Shown here: positions 23,825-36,506 of the stretch, one piece after another
How the letters are laid out: each line of letters starts with the position of its first letter
How positions within the stretch are numbered: position 1 is the first letter of the stretch
Source: Octopus sinensis
Taxonomy: Eukaryota
Direction of reading: 5' to 3'
Length of the DNA: 64,000 bases
NCBI RefSeq assembly: GCF_006345805.1
Contig: NW_021833437.1
Coordinates: forward strand, 1 to 64,000
Made by a program: the position numbers and the translations under genes
Notes under the pieces: generated by a model
Told to the model about the DNA's origin: nothing
The model's database searches: none
Seen by the model: the letters and a program-made list of their open reading frames with translations, nothing else

Positions 23825-24284
23825 ATGAAAAAGAAAGGAAAAGAAAAACACAAACAATATTGACCTCTGTGAGGCTTGAACTCAAAACATGAATGTGTTT
23901 CCTACTGCTGCTAATGATTCTGATAATTTATCGGTCTAGAACAATAACATCCGTTAAATTAGGCGGATTACCAAATAGTCATTGTAGGATTTCATTGGCG
24001 AAAATGGTGGAAGGAAAACGGTTAAAGTGAGAGGGGGAGGGAGAACGTGGTTGAGCGAGAAAAGGGTTGAAAGAAATAATGGGAAATAGAGGTAGGAAGG
24101 GGGATAGAGAACCAGAAAGAGAGAGGAAAGAGGAAAGTAATAGGAAAAGAGAAGGGGAGGTGTAACAGATTGAGGAGAGAGGAAAAAGATATTTAGAAGT
24201 AGAGAGGAAACAGAGGGAGATAGAGAATTTTATATGTGCTTGTGTTAGTGTGTGTGTGTGTGTGTGTGTGTTTGTGTGTTTGTG

Positions 24285-24318
<34 letters not shown>

Positions 24319-24429
24319 CGTGTGTATACAGAGAGAGAGAAAGAAAGGGAGATATAGAAAGCAAGAAAAAGGAAATGAAGGGATGCAGATGTTTATGTTA
24401 TTTTGTTCTTTTCATTGTTGTTCTTGTTG

Positions 24430-24850
24430 ATGTTGTTGATGGGGGTTTTTGGTGGTGGTGGTGGTGGTGATGGTGGTGGTGGTGGTGGTGGTGGTAGTGG
24501 TGGTCGTGGTGGTGGTGGTCTTGGTGTTGGTGGTGGTGGTGGTGTTGGTGGTGGTGATGGTGGTCTTGGTGGTGGTTGTGGTGGTGGTGGTGGTGGTGGT
24601 CTTGGTGGTGGTGGTGGTCTTGGTGGTGGTGGTGGTAGTCTTGGTGGTGGTTGTGGTGGTGGTAGTGGTGGTGGTCTTGGTGGTGGTGGTGGTGGTGGTG
24701 GTGGTGGTGGTGGTGGTGGCGGTGGTGGTGCTGGTGGTGGTAGTGGTAGTGGTGGTGTTGGTGAAGGTGGTGGTGGTGAAGGTGGTGGTGGTGGTGGTGG
24801 TGGTGGTTGTGGTCTTGGTGGTGGTGGTGGCGCTGGTGCTACTGCTGCAG
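24430..24850. repeat. Imperfect (GGT)n microsatellite
   Basis: Directly visible. Source of the poly-G/P/T/V ORFs. Confidence 0.97.
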
Positions 24851-25049
24851 TGATGGTAATGTGATGGAAAAGGAAGGTAAAAAAATGGCGTTTGAATAAA
24901 TGGAAGTGAAACGGTTTGTTGGCGTCTGCGGTGCGTGCAAGCGTGCAAATAGGCCTTCTGAAAACTGTCAACCGCCTATCGGCCCGATGACTAGAACATG
25001 AAGCTGTATTTTAATGAGGATTCGTATTTAGATAGTAAGGGCTGACAAT

Positions 25050-25062
25050 TAGATAGACAGAC

Positions 25063-25137
<75 letters not shown>

Positions 25138-25223
25138 AAGATATATTGACGGACGAACGGACAGACTGACAGACAGGCAAGTAAGCAAGCAGACAAGCAG
25201 ACAGGTAGACAGATAGACTGAAA

Positions 25224-25321
<98 letters not shown>

Positions 25322-25368
25322 CCGATAGAGACTGACAGACAGACAGGCAAATACACAGGCACACAGAC

Positions 25369-25436
<68 letters not shown>

Positions 25437-25440
25437 TGAA
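25050..25440. repeat. Compound (GATA)n/(GACA)n/(TA)n/(GA)n microsatellite
   Basis: Directly visible. Confidence 0.95.
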
Positions 25441-25737
25441 ATCAAAAGAGAATGAGATATGAGGAATCGCTAAATCCCAGATGCATGTGGGATGGCGTAG
25501 ATAAAGTTTTTGTCTCACGTGGGTATCACATGGATGTCATGTGTACGTCTTGTTGAATCGTTGTTAATAGAATGTGAAATATCAGTGAAAGTGGAGAGAA
25601 AAATATAGAGAGATACAAAGAAGAATAATGAGAAAGGAAGAGTTTGTGAAATATAAGTGGATAGAGAGAAGTAACCGAGAGAAATGTGAGCTATTGGTGG
25701 GAAGTGAGGTAGGTGGAGAGTCACATGTATGGAATGA

Positions 25738-26111
25738 AAGCACTCCGTCGGTTACGACGACGAGGGTTCCGGTTGATCCGATCAACGGAACAGCCTGCTC
25801 GTGAAATTACGTGTAAGTGGCTGAGCAACTCCACAGACACGTGTACCCTTAACGTAGTTCTCGGGATATTCAGCGTGACACAGAGTAAACAAGGCCGGCC
25901 CTTGGAATACAGGTACAACAGAAACAGAAGTAAGAGTGAGAGAAATTTGTGGTGAAAAAGTACAGCAGGGATCACCACCATCCCTGCCGGAGCCTCATGG
26001 AGCTTTAGGTGTTTTCGCTCAATAAACACTCACAACGCCCGTCTGGGAATCGAAACCGCGATCCTACGACCGCGAGTCCGCTGCCCTAACCACTGGGCCA
26101 TTGCGCCTCCA
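25738..26111 (-). mobile_element. SINE family S4
   Basis: Reverse complement is collinear with 10159-10541. Confidence 0.9.
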
Positions 26112-26266
26112 GTTACATGTATAGAGAGATGGAGAGCGAGAAGTGGAGAGTGATCGGCAAAATGAGAACAAGAAAGAAAGACAGGGGGAGAAGAGAGCAG
26201 GCTGAGAGAAGGAGCGAAAGAGAGATATATTGAGTGACAAAGAGGGATAAAGAGATAGATAGAAGA

Positions 26267-26300
<34 letters not shown>

Positions 26301-26460
26301 ATTGCGGTGATAAGACGATGGAGAAGTAGAAAAAAAAACTAGCGAAAAGAAACAAGATCAGAATAAGAAGAGAAAAGAGAGAGAGAGAGAGCGAAGAGAA
26401 GAGAGATGAATCGAGTGAGCAAAAAAGAGATAGACAGGCAGACAGACAGATAGATAGATA

Positions 26461-26640
26461 AGTTTCTTTATTGGCCACACAGGGCTGCACACAGATGGGA
26501 CAAGTTACAAGGTAGAGCTTTTCTTTAGGGGGATGAAAAAAACAAAAAACAAAAGAAACAAAAAAAAGGGGTGGCGTAGGTTTTCGATCAAGAGGGATCG
26601 TAAAAGGGAAGAAAAGAACAAAAAAAAATGTTTTTTTAAG
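26461..26640 (-). mobile_element. 3' tail of a non-LTR retroelement (L1/Tx1-like) inside a (GATA)n array
   Basis: Minus strand has a T-rich region, then CCCATCTGTGTGCAGCCCTGTGTGGCC-AATAAA-GAAACT. Near-identical to 60091-60354. GATA repeats on both flanks. Confidence 0.7.
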
Positions 26641-26691
<51 letters not shown>

Positions 26692-26829
26692 CAGACAGAC
26701 ATGTAGGCAGCCAGACAGCAGACAGCCAGACAGCAGACAGACAGATAGACAGACAGATGGAGCCAATCAGGAGATAAAACGAGAGATTCCAAGAGAAGTG
26801 GATAAAGAGGATAATACCTATATCCATTT

Positions 26830-27200
26830 ATTCTTTTACCTGTTTAAGTCCATGCGACCATGCTGGAGTATCGCCTTTCAGTCGAAGAAATCTTCCCCAG
26901 CACTTATTCTTTGTAAGCCCTGTACTTGTTCTCTTTTGCCGAACCGCTAAGTTAGGGGCACGAAAACACACCAACAACGGGTGTCAATCGATGGTGGTGA
27001 GGGGACAGCCACAGCTACAAGGACATACACGCAAACATATATATATATAATATATATATATATATAATATATATACAATTATATATATATATTATATATA
27101 TTATATATCTATATGTGTGTGTGTGTGTGTGTGTTGTGTTTGGGTTTGTGTTTGTCCCCACCACCATCGCTTGACAACCGTAAGCTAGCGGTTCAGCAAA
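26830..27200. mobile_element. Two inverted S1-like SINE fragments (26830-27015 minus, about 27140-27200 plus) around a microsatellite
   Basis: Shared GTCAA.CGATGGTGGTG.GGGGACA and its reverse complement. Confidence 0.65.
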
Positions 27201-27201
27201 A

Positions 27202-27590
27202 GGCCTATGTCTTACCCAGAACGTAATATATAAATGTTCAATAAAAACTACAACTAATAATTTTATATATATCGGTTGTTCGATTAATATGAAACAGCGT
27301 CTGTACAACCACATGTCGTCCTTTAAACTTAAGCATGAAGCGAATTGCACGTCATTATCCAGTAAGATTTGGGAATTGAAGGAACGTGAAATTGAGCTTA
27401 GCCTCAAATGGGAAATAATAAGAAATGCACAGCCTTATAGAAATAGCAGATATAGGTGTGAGCTGTGCTTTATGGAAACATGAAATTTTTAGCAAAAAGA
27501 TAAAGGCAACCTGTTTAATAATCGATTAGACCTTAGGGTATCATGTGAACATACGAGTGTCACCCGTACCTTTAAATATTTTAGAAAGTA
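27202..27590 (+). pseudogene. Penelope-like element GIY-YIG endonuclease C-terminus, 5'-truncated, with in-frame stops
   Basis: One frame reads GLCLTQNVIYKCSIKTTTNNFIYIGCSINMKQRLYNHMSSFK...TSLSSKIWELKE...KWEII..AQPY....RCELCFMET*NF*QKDKGNLFNNRLDLRVSCEH. It has the VIY..YIG signature, the R..NH motif and the CxxC...C.H tail typical of PLE endonucleases. Confidence 0.85.
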
Positions 27591-29187
27591 GCACTTTATT
27601 GATCTAGTGATTTAAAACCTATAAGAAACTTCTCCGCTTAAAATTAATATATAGTTAACATGTCCCACAACGTCAATATTCCTTTAGTTAATATAGGGTA
27701 TCAGTCTTTATATATACAAGCTAAATAAATAAATAAATAATTTTTAGTTTTAAATACTTGAATTGTATACATTTTCTATAAATCTTCTCTGATGTTACAA
27801 AATTCTATATATTCTTCATCGTGATTTTTAGTGATTAAGCTATTTTATTCCTTTTTCTATGGTGTTCTACCCCACCTGATCATTTTATTACTTTTTAATA
27901 CTTTATAATTGCCTTTAGATAAACCTAAATTGTGTACCCCTATAAGTTCATACTTAGCTTATATATAAAACAATAAGGGTATCTTTACAACTTAAAATTA
28001 AATTGCTTAGATTATAATTAAATTAATATATAGTTAATTTGTTCTTTCGACCGCATTGCTAAATCTCCTTGATATCCCTAAATTTTAACTTTATACAATA
28101 TGTGTATATTGTTTTAATAGTTTTAGTAATTACATTTTTTATCCCTTTCTTAAAGTGTTCTACCATCCTGATCTTAGTATTTATATTGGCATTTATACAA
28201 GTAGCCCTTCTAATTAAATTCCCCTAAGAAACTGTAATATCATGTACGGATTAACACTGATAACTTTTGAAACCTATATTATACCTTTTAATTATAAAAT
28301 TAATATATAAATAGCATGCCCTATAACATCAATATTCTTTTAACTAATACCGGGTATCAGTCTTGATTGAAATAATCTTAATAAGTTAATAAAGAACTTT
28401 TAGTTCATGATACTTAAACTATTATACATTTCCGCCACTCCTCTGTGTGTGCGTGTTTGGGTGGTTGGGTATGTGTTCGTGTGTGTTTTTCATGTATATA
28501 TCTACCACGGGCTTTCACATAGTTTCCGCTTCATCATGTCATTGTTCTATGGTGGAAGTCATTTGCCGGATAAAATACTTGGCGACGTTTCTTCCGTCTT
28601 CACGCTATGAGTTCACTTTCCAACGGAAGTTCTACTTTACCCTTCGTCATTTCAGAGTCAATAAAAAAGGTCCCAGTTGAGTACAATGGGTCAAATGTAA
28701 TCATACCCCGCCACACTCACCCACACGCCTCAAAATTGCTGGCATTGTGCCAAAATAAGAAAGGGTTATTGTTATTATCTGCCAGCTGCTGCTTTGACAG
28801 AAGTATCGCTTTGGTAGCAGAAGTGGGTAGGATTTGATCTTAGAATGCAAAGATAACCCAACGGATCCCACTTTATTCTCTGATAAAACGCAAATCGAGA
28901 AATGTAGACATGTAGTTAGATTAGTATTGGAACCAGAAAGAACGAAAAACAATTTAGACTAGAAGACGGATTTGAACTCAGAACGCTGTGTGCCAGATCA
29001 AAATCCGCTGCCCTAAATCTCAAATCAAGTCTAAACAGTATCATAAACAGTAACGGCAACATCTATCTCATACCTAAGGGTCACATTTGACCCCGGGATC
29101 TCTTCAGTTTTGGCATCTTCAGAAATCGTTGTACCAGATCTCTCTCTTTCTATCTCTCTCTCCCTCTCTATCTATCTATCTATCTAT

Positions 29188-29237
<50 letters not shown>

Positions 29238-29399
29238 CTCGCCGATTTTCTCTCTTTCTGAATATTTCATACATATATGTGTACTTATATATACATACAT
29301 ATGTGTGTGCATACACATACATGAGGGGAGAGGTATGTATATACATGTATCTATGTACGATTATATATATATGTATATATCTGCGTGTGCGTTTGTGTG

Positions 29400-29435
29400 T
29401 ATGACTATAAATAAGCATATACAGATAGAAACACG

Positions 29436-29472
<37 letters not shown>

Positions 29473-29477
29473 ATGTG

Positions 29478-29518
<41 letters not shown>

Positions 29519-29698
29519 ATACACGAATAGATGAATAGACGAATATATATGTGTGTGTGTGTGTGTGTGCGTGTGTGTGTGCGCGTGTGTGTGTGTGTGT
29601 GTGTGGATACACGAATAGATGAATAGACGAATATATATGTGTGTGTGTGTGCGTGTGTGTGTGTGTGTGTGCGTGTGTGTGTGCGTGTGTGTGTGTGC

Positions 29699-29758
<60 letters not shown>

Positions 29759-29790
29759 ATACACGAATGGATGAATAGACGAATCGATCG
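29400..29790. repeat. (TG)n arrays separated by three copies of a 28-bp module GGATACACGAATAGATGAATAGACGAAT
   Basis: Modules start at 29517, 29605 and 29757. Confidence 0.9.
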
Positions 29791-30323
29791 ACTCGTCTCT
29801 AAAACCAAGTTACGAGCTTCTTTCCATCGCCATTGTTAGAAAAAAAAAGACCTCAGCTATTCAAACATCCACGCTTCTCTCTTAACGACCTCCGAGCAAG
29901 ACAGATGCGTATGGCTGTAAGGTTTAAAACGAATGGAGGAGAGGGGGTGATAAAACTGTGACGGTGGGGGAGAGATGAGACAAAAAAGAATTTATGGATG
30001 TTAAGAGAGGAATCATCTAGTTTCATTATGGCGTTTGTTGGACAATGTCAGAAGGTTACATGTCCGAAATGCGGACAGGTCACTCACCCTTCCCTCATCT
30101 TGTATGTAGCTGTTAGGTATTCTGTGAACACTGAATAGCAACGTGCTGTAGCTAACATTTGTTTGTTTCGGTTTCTTCTCTTCTTCATTGTCCGAGTTTT
30201 TCTTTTTTTGTGTGTGTGTGTGTGTGTGTGTGTATTTTACCTTCTATGTATATAGTTTTCTTTTTTTTTATATTTAGTGTCATTATAGAGAACACCAATG
30301 TAAATAGAGACTGGAAGATGTTC

Positions 30324-30356
<33 letters not shown>

Positions 30357-30483
30357 CTGATAATGATGATGATGATGATGATGATGACGACGGCGGTGAC
30401 GATGACGAAGATTATGGTACTGGCACCGGTGATGATGACGACGTCGACAACGATGACGATAACGATTATGGTACTGGCACCGG

Positions 30484-30534
<51 letters not shown>

Positions 30535-31380
30535 CGATGATTATGATGACGATAATGATGATAATGATGATGATGACAACGACGACGAAGATTATGGTAC
30601 TGGCACCGGTGATGATGATGGTGATGATGATTATGATGACGATAATGATGGATGTTGATTATCACTGATAGTCGTGATGGTTGCTGGATGGTCGAGGTGG
30701 TTTGGTCGTAGCGGTTTTGGTGGTAATGATGATTAAGCTAATGTTGATTGTAATGATGATGATGTTGATGACGACGACAACGACGACGATTATGGTACTG
30801 CCACCGGTGATGATGATGACGATGATGATGATGATTATGACTGAGAGTCGTGCTGGTTGTTGGATGGTTGAGGTGGTTTGGTCGTAGTAGTTTTGGCGGT
30901 AATGATGGTTAAGCTAATATTGATTGTAATGATGATGATGTTGATGACGACGACAACGATGAGGATGACGATTATGGTACTGGCACCGGTGATGATGATT
31001 ATAGTGGTGGTGGTGGTGGTATGGTGGTGATGGTGGTGGTGGTGGTGGTATGGTGGTGGTGGTCGTGGTGGTGGTGGTGTGGTGGTGGCGTTGGTGGTGG
31101 TGGTGGTGGTGGTGTGGTGGCGTTGGTGGTGGTGGTGGTGGTGGTGGTGGTGGTGGTGATGATGACAATTGTGATGATGTCGACGATGAAGTGTGTTGTG
31201 TTGGTGGCGATAACGGGGATGGTATTATTGGAGGTAAAGTGATGGTAATGATGATGTTGGTGCTGATAATACGGTGGTGATGATGATGAGGGTAATGATA
31301 TTGATGAGGAAAAGAGCAGAAACCATAATGATGACGACGATAACGATAATGATGATGTTACAGCTATGATAAACACGTTA
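30324..31380. repeat. (GAT)n/(GGT)n field with a recurring GATTATGGTACTGGCACCGGT module and a 176-bp duplication
   Basis: Module near 30410, 30465, 30590, 30790 and 30970. The duplicated blocks start near 30667 and 30843. Confidence 0.9.
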
Positions 31381-31987
31381 CTCAATGCATTGTCCAATAC
31401 TCAATGCATGTTTTCCTGTTTTTTTTTTTTCATTTCCTTGCCTCTTTTCTTTATATAATCCACATATTTTATTACTGTTGATATGCTGTGTCCCATAAAT
31501 CATTCAGGTTTTCATATGTACCTGTTATATACGAAATGTATTTTCATAACCATCAAAAACAAAATTTGGAAATAATGACAAGCTATACTTTAGTATTGTA
31601 GAATTCCAATACTGTCCACTTGGCAGGACACACGGACACACACATAAATTCCCTTGGTGTATTATAATTAAACTAATAACATAGATTGGCTAATTGTCAA
31701 CTCATTACAGCTATTTCTTATGTAACTTTTAATAGAAAAATCGGAACATTGCATCATTATAAAAGACCATAATCATTAGATGAGAAGTAATTTTAGAAAG
31801 CATAAGAATATCCAAGAATTGCCAGAATCGTCTGACCACCCCTTGTGCTGGTGGCACGTAAGAGCACCCACTACACTCTCGGATATATATAAACGTGATG
31901 TACCATGATTACTAATACCGTTATTAACGTGCATAGCGAGAAGGACAGTAAAACGCAAAATGAATTAGAAATATATTAGAAATGAGC

Positions 31988-32415
31988 TACTCTTTACGTT
32001 TTTTACTCTTTTACTTGATTCAATTACTTGACTGTGGTCATGCTGGAGCACCGCCTTTTAGTCGAGCAAATCGAACCCAGGACTTATTCTTTGTAAGCCT
32101 AGTATTTATTCTATCGGTCTCGTTTGCCGAACCGCTAGATTACGGGGACGTAAACACACCAGCATCTGTTGTCAAGCAATGCTAGGGGCACAAACACAGA
32201 CACACAAACACACACACACACAAATACACATACACATATATATATCTGCATATATACGACGGGCTTCTTTCAGTTTCCGTATACCAAATCCACTGACAAG
32301 GCTTTAGTCGGCCCGAGGTTATAGTAGAAGACACTTTCCCAAGGTGCCACGCAGTGAGACTGAACCCAGAACAATGTGGTTGAAAAGCAAGCTACTTACC
32401 ACACAGCCACTCCTA
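31988..32415 (-). mobile_element. SINE family S1
   Basis: Collinear with other S1 copies. Confidence 0.88.
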
Positions 32416-32539
32416 CTATCCAAGAATGTAAAACCCTTTCCTAAAAAATCTTTACAGAGATTGAAAAGAAAGGAAACGTTTACAGTCGAATTTCAAAACA
32501 GAATTTTCAAATTATCTCTCATCCGGAGAACTTTCCCCT

Positions 32540-32569
32540 AATATATATATATATATATATATATAATAC

Positions 32570-32620
<51 letters not shown>

Positions 32621-32648
32621 TTGATAGATAGATAGATAGATAGATAGT

Positions 32649-32704
<56 letters not shown>

Positions 32705-32761
32705 CCGTTCTCTCCCTTTCTCTTCCTTCCTCTCTTATTCTGTGTCTCTTTCTCCACTACT

Positions 32762-32796
<35 letters not shown>

Positions 32797-33097
32797 CTAT
32801 CTTTTATTTTTCATTGGAAACATGGTGAGAACCACAGATCCAAAAGCACCAGCAACATACAATGCAAGACACATTTCAGTCGAATGTCAAACTGACCAAT
32901 CAAATATCTTTTACAAAGACATTTCCTTTCGCCTTTTCTCAACAAACTCAATTACGGTAATAGACGACGATATCATATAAATATTTCACTCTCCGCCTCA
33001 TTTCTATTTTCATTGAACGTGTTAACATATATATATATATATATATATGCGTATATATATATATATACGTATATATATATACGTATATATATATGTA

Positions 33098-33139
<42 letters not shown>

Positions 33140-33440
33140 ATGTATATATATAATACGTGGTATGCACATATATATATATATATACGTGTATTGTATATAT
33201 ATATGTACATGTATATGTGTATATATATATATATATTATATACATATATATACACATATATACATATACATATATGCAGATATACATGCATACACACATA
33301 TACACGTATATATATATAAATTATATATATATATACATATACATATACATATATATGTATGTATATGTATATATGTTTATATATATGTGTGTGTGTATAT
33401 TCATATAACTATATATTTATATATTTACACATATATACAC
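32540..33440. repeat. (GA)n/(GATA)n and long degenerate (TA)n tracts flanking a unique island at about 32810-33025
   Basis: Directly visible. Confidence 0.92.
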
Positions 33441-34289
33441 ATAGGCTTCACGCTTTAAAAGGAAACGTTTGCTGGTGATTAAATCACAAAGTAAGATGAC
33501 CAGTAAGTGACCGTTTGATGATGGTGAAACTTCGGACAATGCTATGATTTTATTTGGTCGGTTGGCAGTAGCAATTATGAGTGATTTTTCTTGTATTGTT
33601 GAGGGTTTTAGGTGGTCGGGTTTTCGGTAAGGGGGTGTCATTATTTTTTTCTTTCTTCTTTAGTGTTTAAGATTTAGTCGTAATATATAGCACAATATGG
33701 TGTCCATAGATCAAAACCAGCCAATCAAATTGTTGCCAGTAACGAAGCAGAACGGTCAAGAAATACAGGAAGATGTTAAAATGTTGAATATAATGAAGTA
33801 AGGTAAGGTGACAAGGACAGAGATGTAAAGGAAGACGAAAGAAGAGGGATGGAAAGCAAAATAAATAGCAAGAAAATGGAGGAAGAAAAGAAAGTAGGGA
33901 AACCGTAGAAGTTAACAGCGCAATTAAAACGTTATGTATGTAATGAAATGATGCTTCAGAAAATGGCGTCTCTGAAGTGGAAAATATCCATTGATATGAA
34001 TGCATTTAATATGTTTTAATGATACGATGAAAGTGGATGACAGAATGAAGAATGAGGAAGCTGAGTGGTAGCACGTCTGTCAAAAATGCCTTGTGGGTAT
34101 TTAATTACTGCTCTTTGCGTTCTGAGTTCAAATCCCCGCCGAGGTCGATTCCCCCCCTCCCCCGCTTTTATCGTTTCACAGACGATAAAATAAAATACCA
34201 GACAAGAAGTGAGGTCCATTGACTTGCCTGTTCTCTCCTTCTCTCTTAAATCTCGTATGCGTAATATTCGGCAGCAGCAGTGGCAGCAG

Positions 34290-34292
34290 CAA

Positions 34293-34355
<63 letters not shown>

Positions 34356-34357
34356 CA

Positions 34358-34424
<67 letters not shown>

Positions 34425-34446
34425 CATTATTATATCATCATCATCA

Positions 34447-34493
<47 letters not shown>

Positions 34494-34721
34494 TATTATT
34501 CAGTAGTTTTATTTTTATAGCGTGCTTTCACTTCACTACCGAGCGCAGCTCTGTGTGCCTTGGGTATGTGCTGTGATTTGTTGTGATGCTCTGATGGTTA
34601 TTGTATGGAAAGTGTTCTGCATTATTATTATTATTATTTTCATTATTATTATTATTATTATTATTATCATTATTATTATTATCATCATTATCATTATTAC
34701 TATTATTATTATTATTATTAT

Positions 34722-34783
<62 letters not shown>

Positions 34784-34839
34784 ATAGTAGTAGTAGTAGT
34801 AGTGTTAATGATGGTGGTGGTGGAGGCGGCGGTGGATGC

Positions 34840-34876
<37 letters not shown>

Positions 34877-34890
34877 ATGATGGTGGTGGT
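34290..34890. repeat. (ATT)n/(AGT)n/(GGT)n compound microsatellites
   Basis: Directly visible. Confidence 0.96.
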
Positions 34891-34969
34891 GGTACTGTAT
34901 GGTACGTGTGCTTTCTTTTTACCTACTTTCAGAATTCATATAATTTATGCATACAGATGAGTTGAACTG

Positions 34970-35268
34970 GTTCTCCGTCGGGTACGATGACGAGTGTTCG
35001 AGTTGATCAACCTGCTCTTGAAATTAGCGGTCGAGTACTCCAGAGTCACGTGTACCCCTAACGTAGTTTTCAGGCTAATTCATCGTGGCGCAACGCTTAT
35101 GACAGGGATCACCCTTTGCATTAAGGCACAACTCATATTTGTTAGCAAAGTGGATTGTAGCAACACGAAATAAATTGTCTTCCACAAGGCCGCAACGCTC
35201 CACCAGAAATCGAACGCACGACTTCACGACTTAGCCGAATACCGTAACCACTAAGCCACGTTCCTTCA
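34970..35268 (-). mobile_element. Old diverged SINE of the 1-331 type
   Basis: CCTGCTCTTGAAATTAGC, CACGTGTACCCCTAACGTAG and CCGTAACCACTAAGCCACG are shared with 1-331. Confidence 0.7.
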
Positions 35269-35399
35269 GAAGAATTACAAGATACCATTCACATCGCAAT
35301 TCAATTCTATCGAAACAGAAAATAAAAAGCTCTTCATAAAATTTTAAAAGAAATATAAACAAGCAATCATGTTCATATATATATTTGCCCCTACGTGAC

Positions 35400-35440
<41 letters not shown>

Positions 35441-35447
<7 letters not shown>

Positions 35448-35740
35448 ACCGTGATCACCGTGACTGACTAGGCTATCAGATGTTGCTGCACATCGCCGGT
35501 CACAATGCACTTCGCATTGTTTTAGCCTTCAAATGACGCCTCCCCGCTGGCTAAGCGAGCAGGTCAACAGAAGAAAGTGTGAGAGAAAGTTGTGCTGAAA
35601 AAGTACAACAGGGATCGCCACCGACCGACCATTGCCGGAGCCTCGTGGAGCTTTGGGTGTTTTCGCCCGGTCTGGGAATCGAAACCGCGATCCTACGACC
35701 GCGAGTCCACTACCTTAACCACTGGGTCATTGCGCCTCCA
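35441..35740 (-). mobile_element. SINE with an S4 head and a different 3' tail
   Basis: Minus-strand head TGGAGGCGCAATGACCCAGTGGTTAAGG. The tail differs from S4 and S5. Confidence 0.8.
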
Positions 35741-35791
35741 CGTATATACATGTGTGTGTTGTGTGTGTATGGTGTGTGTGTGTGTGTGTGT

Positions 35792-35878
<87 letters not shown>

Positions 35879-36506
35879 CGATGGATGGGTGGATGACTGG
35901 ATGTAAATACACAGATTCACAAGCGCGCGTACTGGATATATATAATTTAGCAACGCTCTTACCACGCCCGGGTTCTCTAAATTGATTCTGTTACGCACTA
36001 CACAGCTGGCGTCCATACTGCCAATTCGACTTATTAGTCAGCTTCAACGTAAATAGAGAGACCAAATCAGATTAGTTACAGAATACATAAACCTCGCGTT
36101 GGAAATCTGACCGTCTCATTGCATGCATTAACATACATTAGCATACATTACTGTGCATATATGCTGAGTTAACGAAGGATGCTATGTAATGGCTAGAAAC
36201 AACAGCCGTGTCTCTCTCCAAACCACACCTTATTGCAATGAAATAGGAATGGTACAAAAATAGATATATTGTGCTCTAAAAAGACGACGTGGTCACGATT
36301 GGAATGCACTCATCATAAGTTTGATCGAATGGCGGGGGGGGGGTGACATTTGGAAGCTTGTTGTAGCAGCCAAGACGTGTGAGCGCATGTGTGTTTGTGG
36401 GTGTGTGCGTATATGTAACATAAATTTTATTCCTGCAAGTTGACATAAAATATATTCCTGCATACAGATTTTTACATAGTATACCATAGTGTGTAAATAG
36501 TATACC

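Noticed and set aside
24393-24971. Poly-Pro, poly-Gly, poly-Thr and poly-Val ORFs resembling formin, extensin or mucin
   Set aside because: All open frames come from one imperfect (GGT)n tract, and there is no flanking domain.
27481-27483. In-frame TGA as selenocysteine (as in Naiad-type PLEs)
   Set aside because: It does not align to a Cys position and is followed by an in-frame TAG, so ordinary decay is more likely.
30028-30138. Short ORF MAFVGQCQKVTCPKCGQ... with a CxxC motif
   Set aside because: It is only 36 codons, has no convincing donor and no recognisable family.
30159-30668. 169-aa Met-rich ORF and the antisense His-rich ORF
   Set aside because: They are (GAT)n microsatellite frames, and the ORF start lies in T-rich and TG-repeat sequence.
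31796-31857. Apparent micro-exon AG/..KHKNIQELPESSDHPLCWWH/GTAAGA
   Set aside because: GTGCTGGTGGCACGTAA..GCACCCACTACACTCTCGG resembles a common octopus repeat as I recall it, so the donor is probably repeat-derived.
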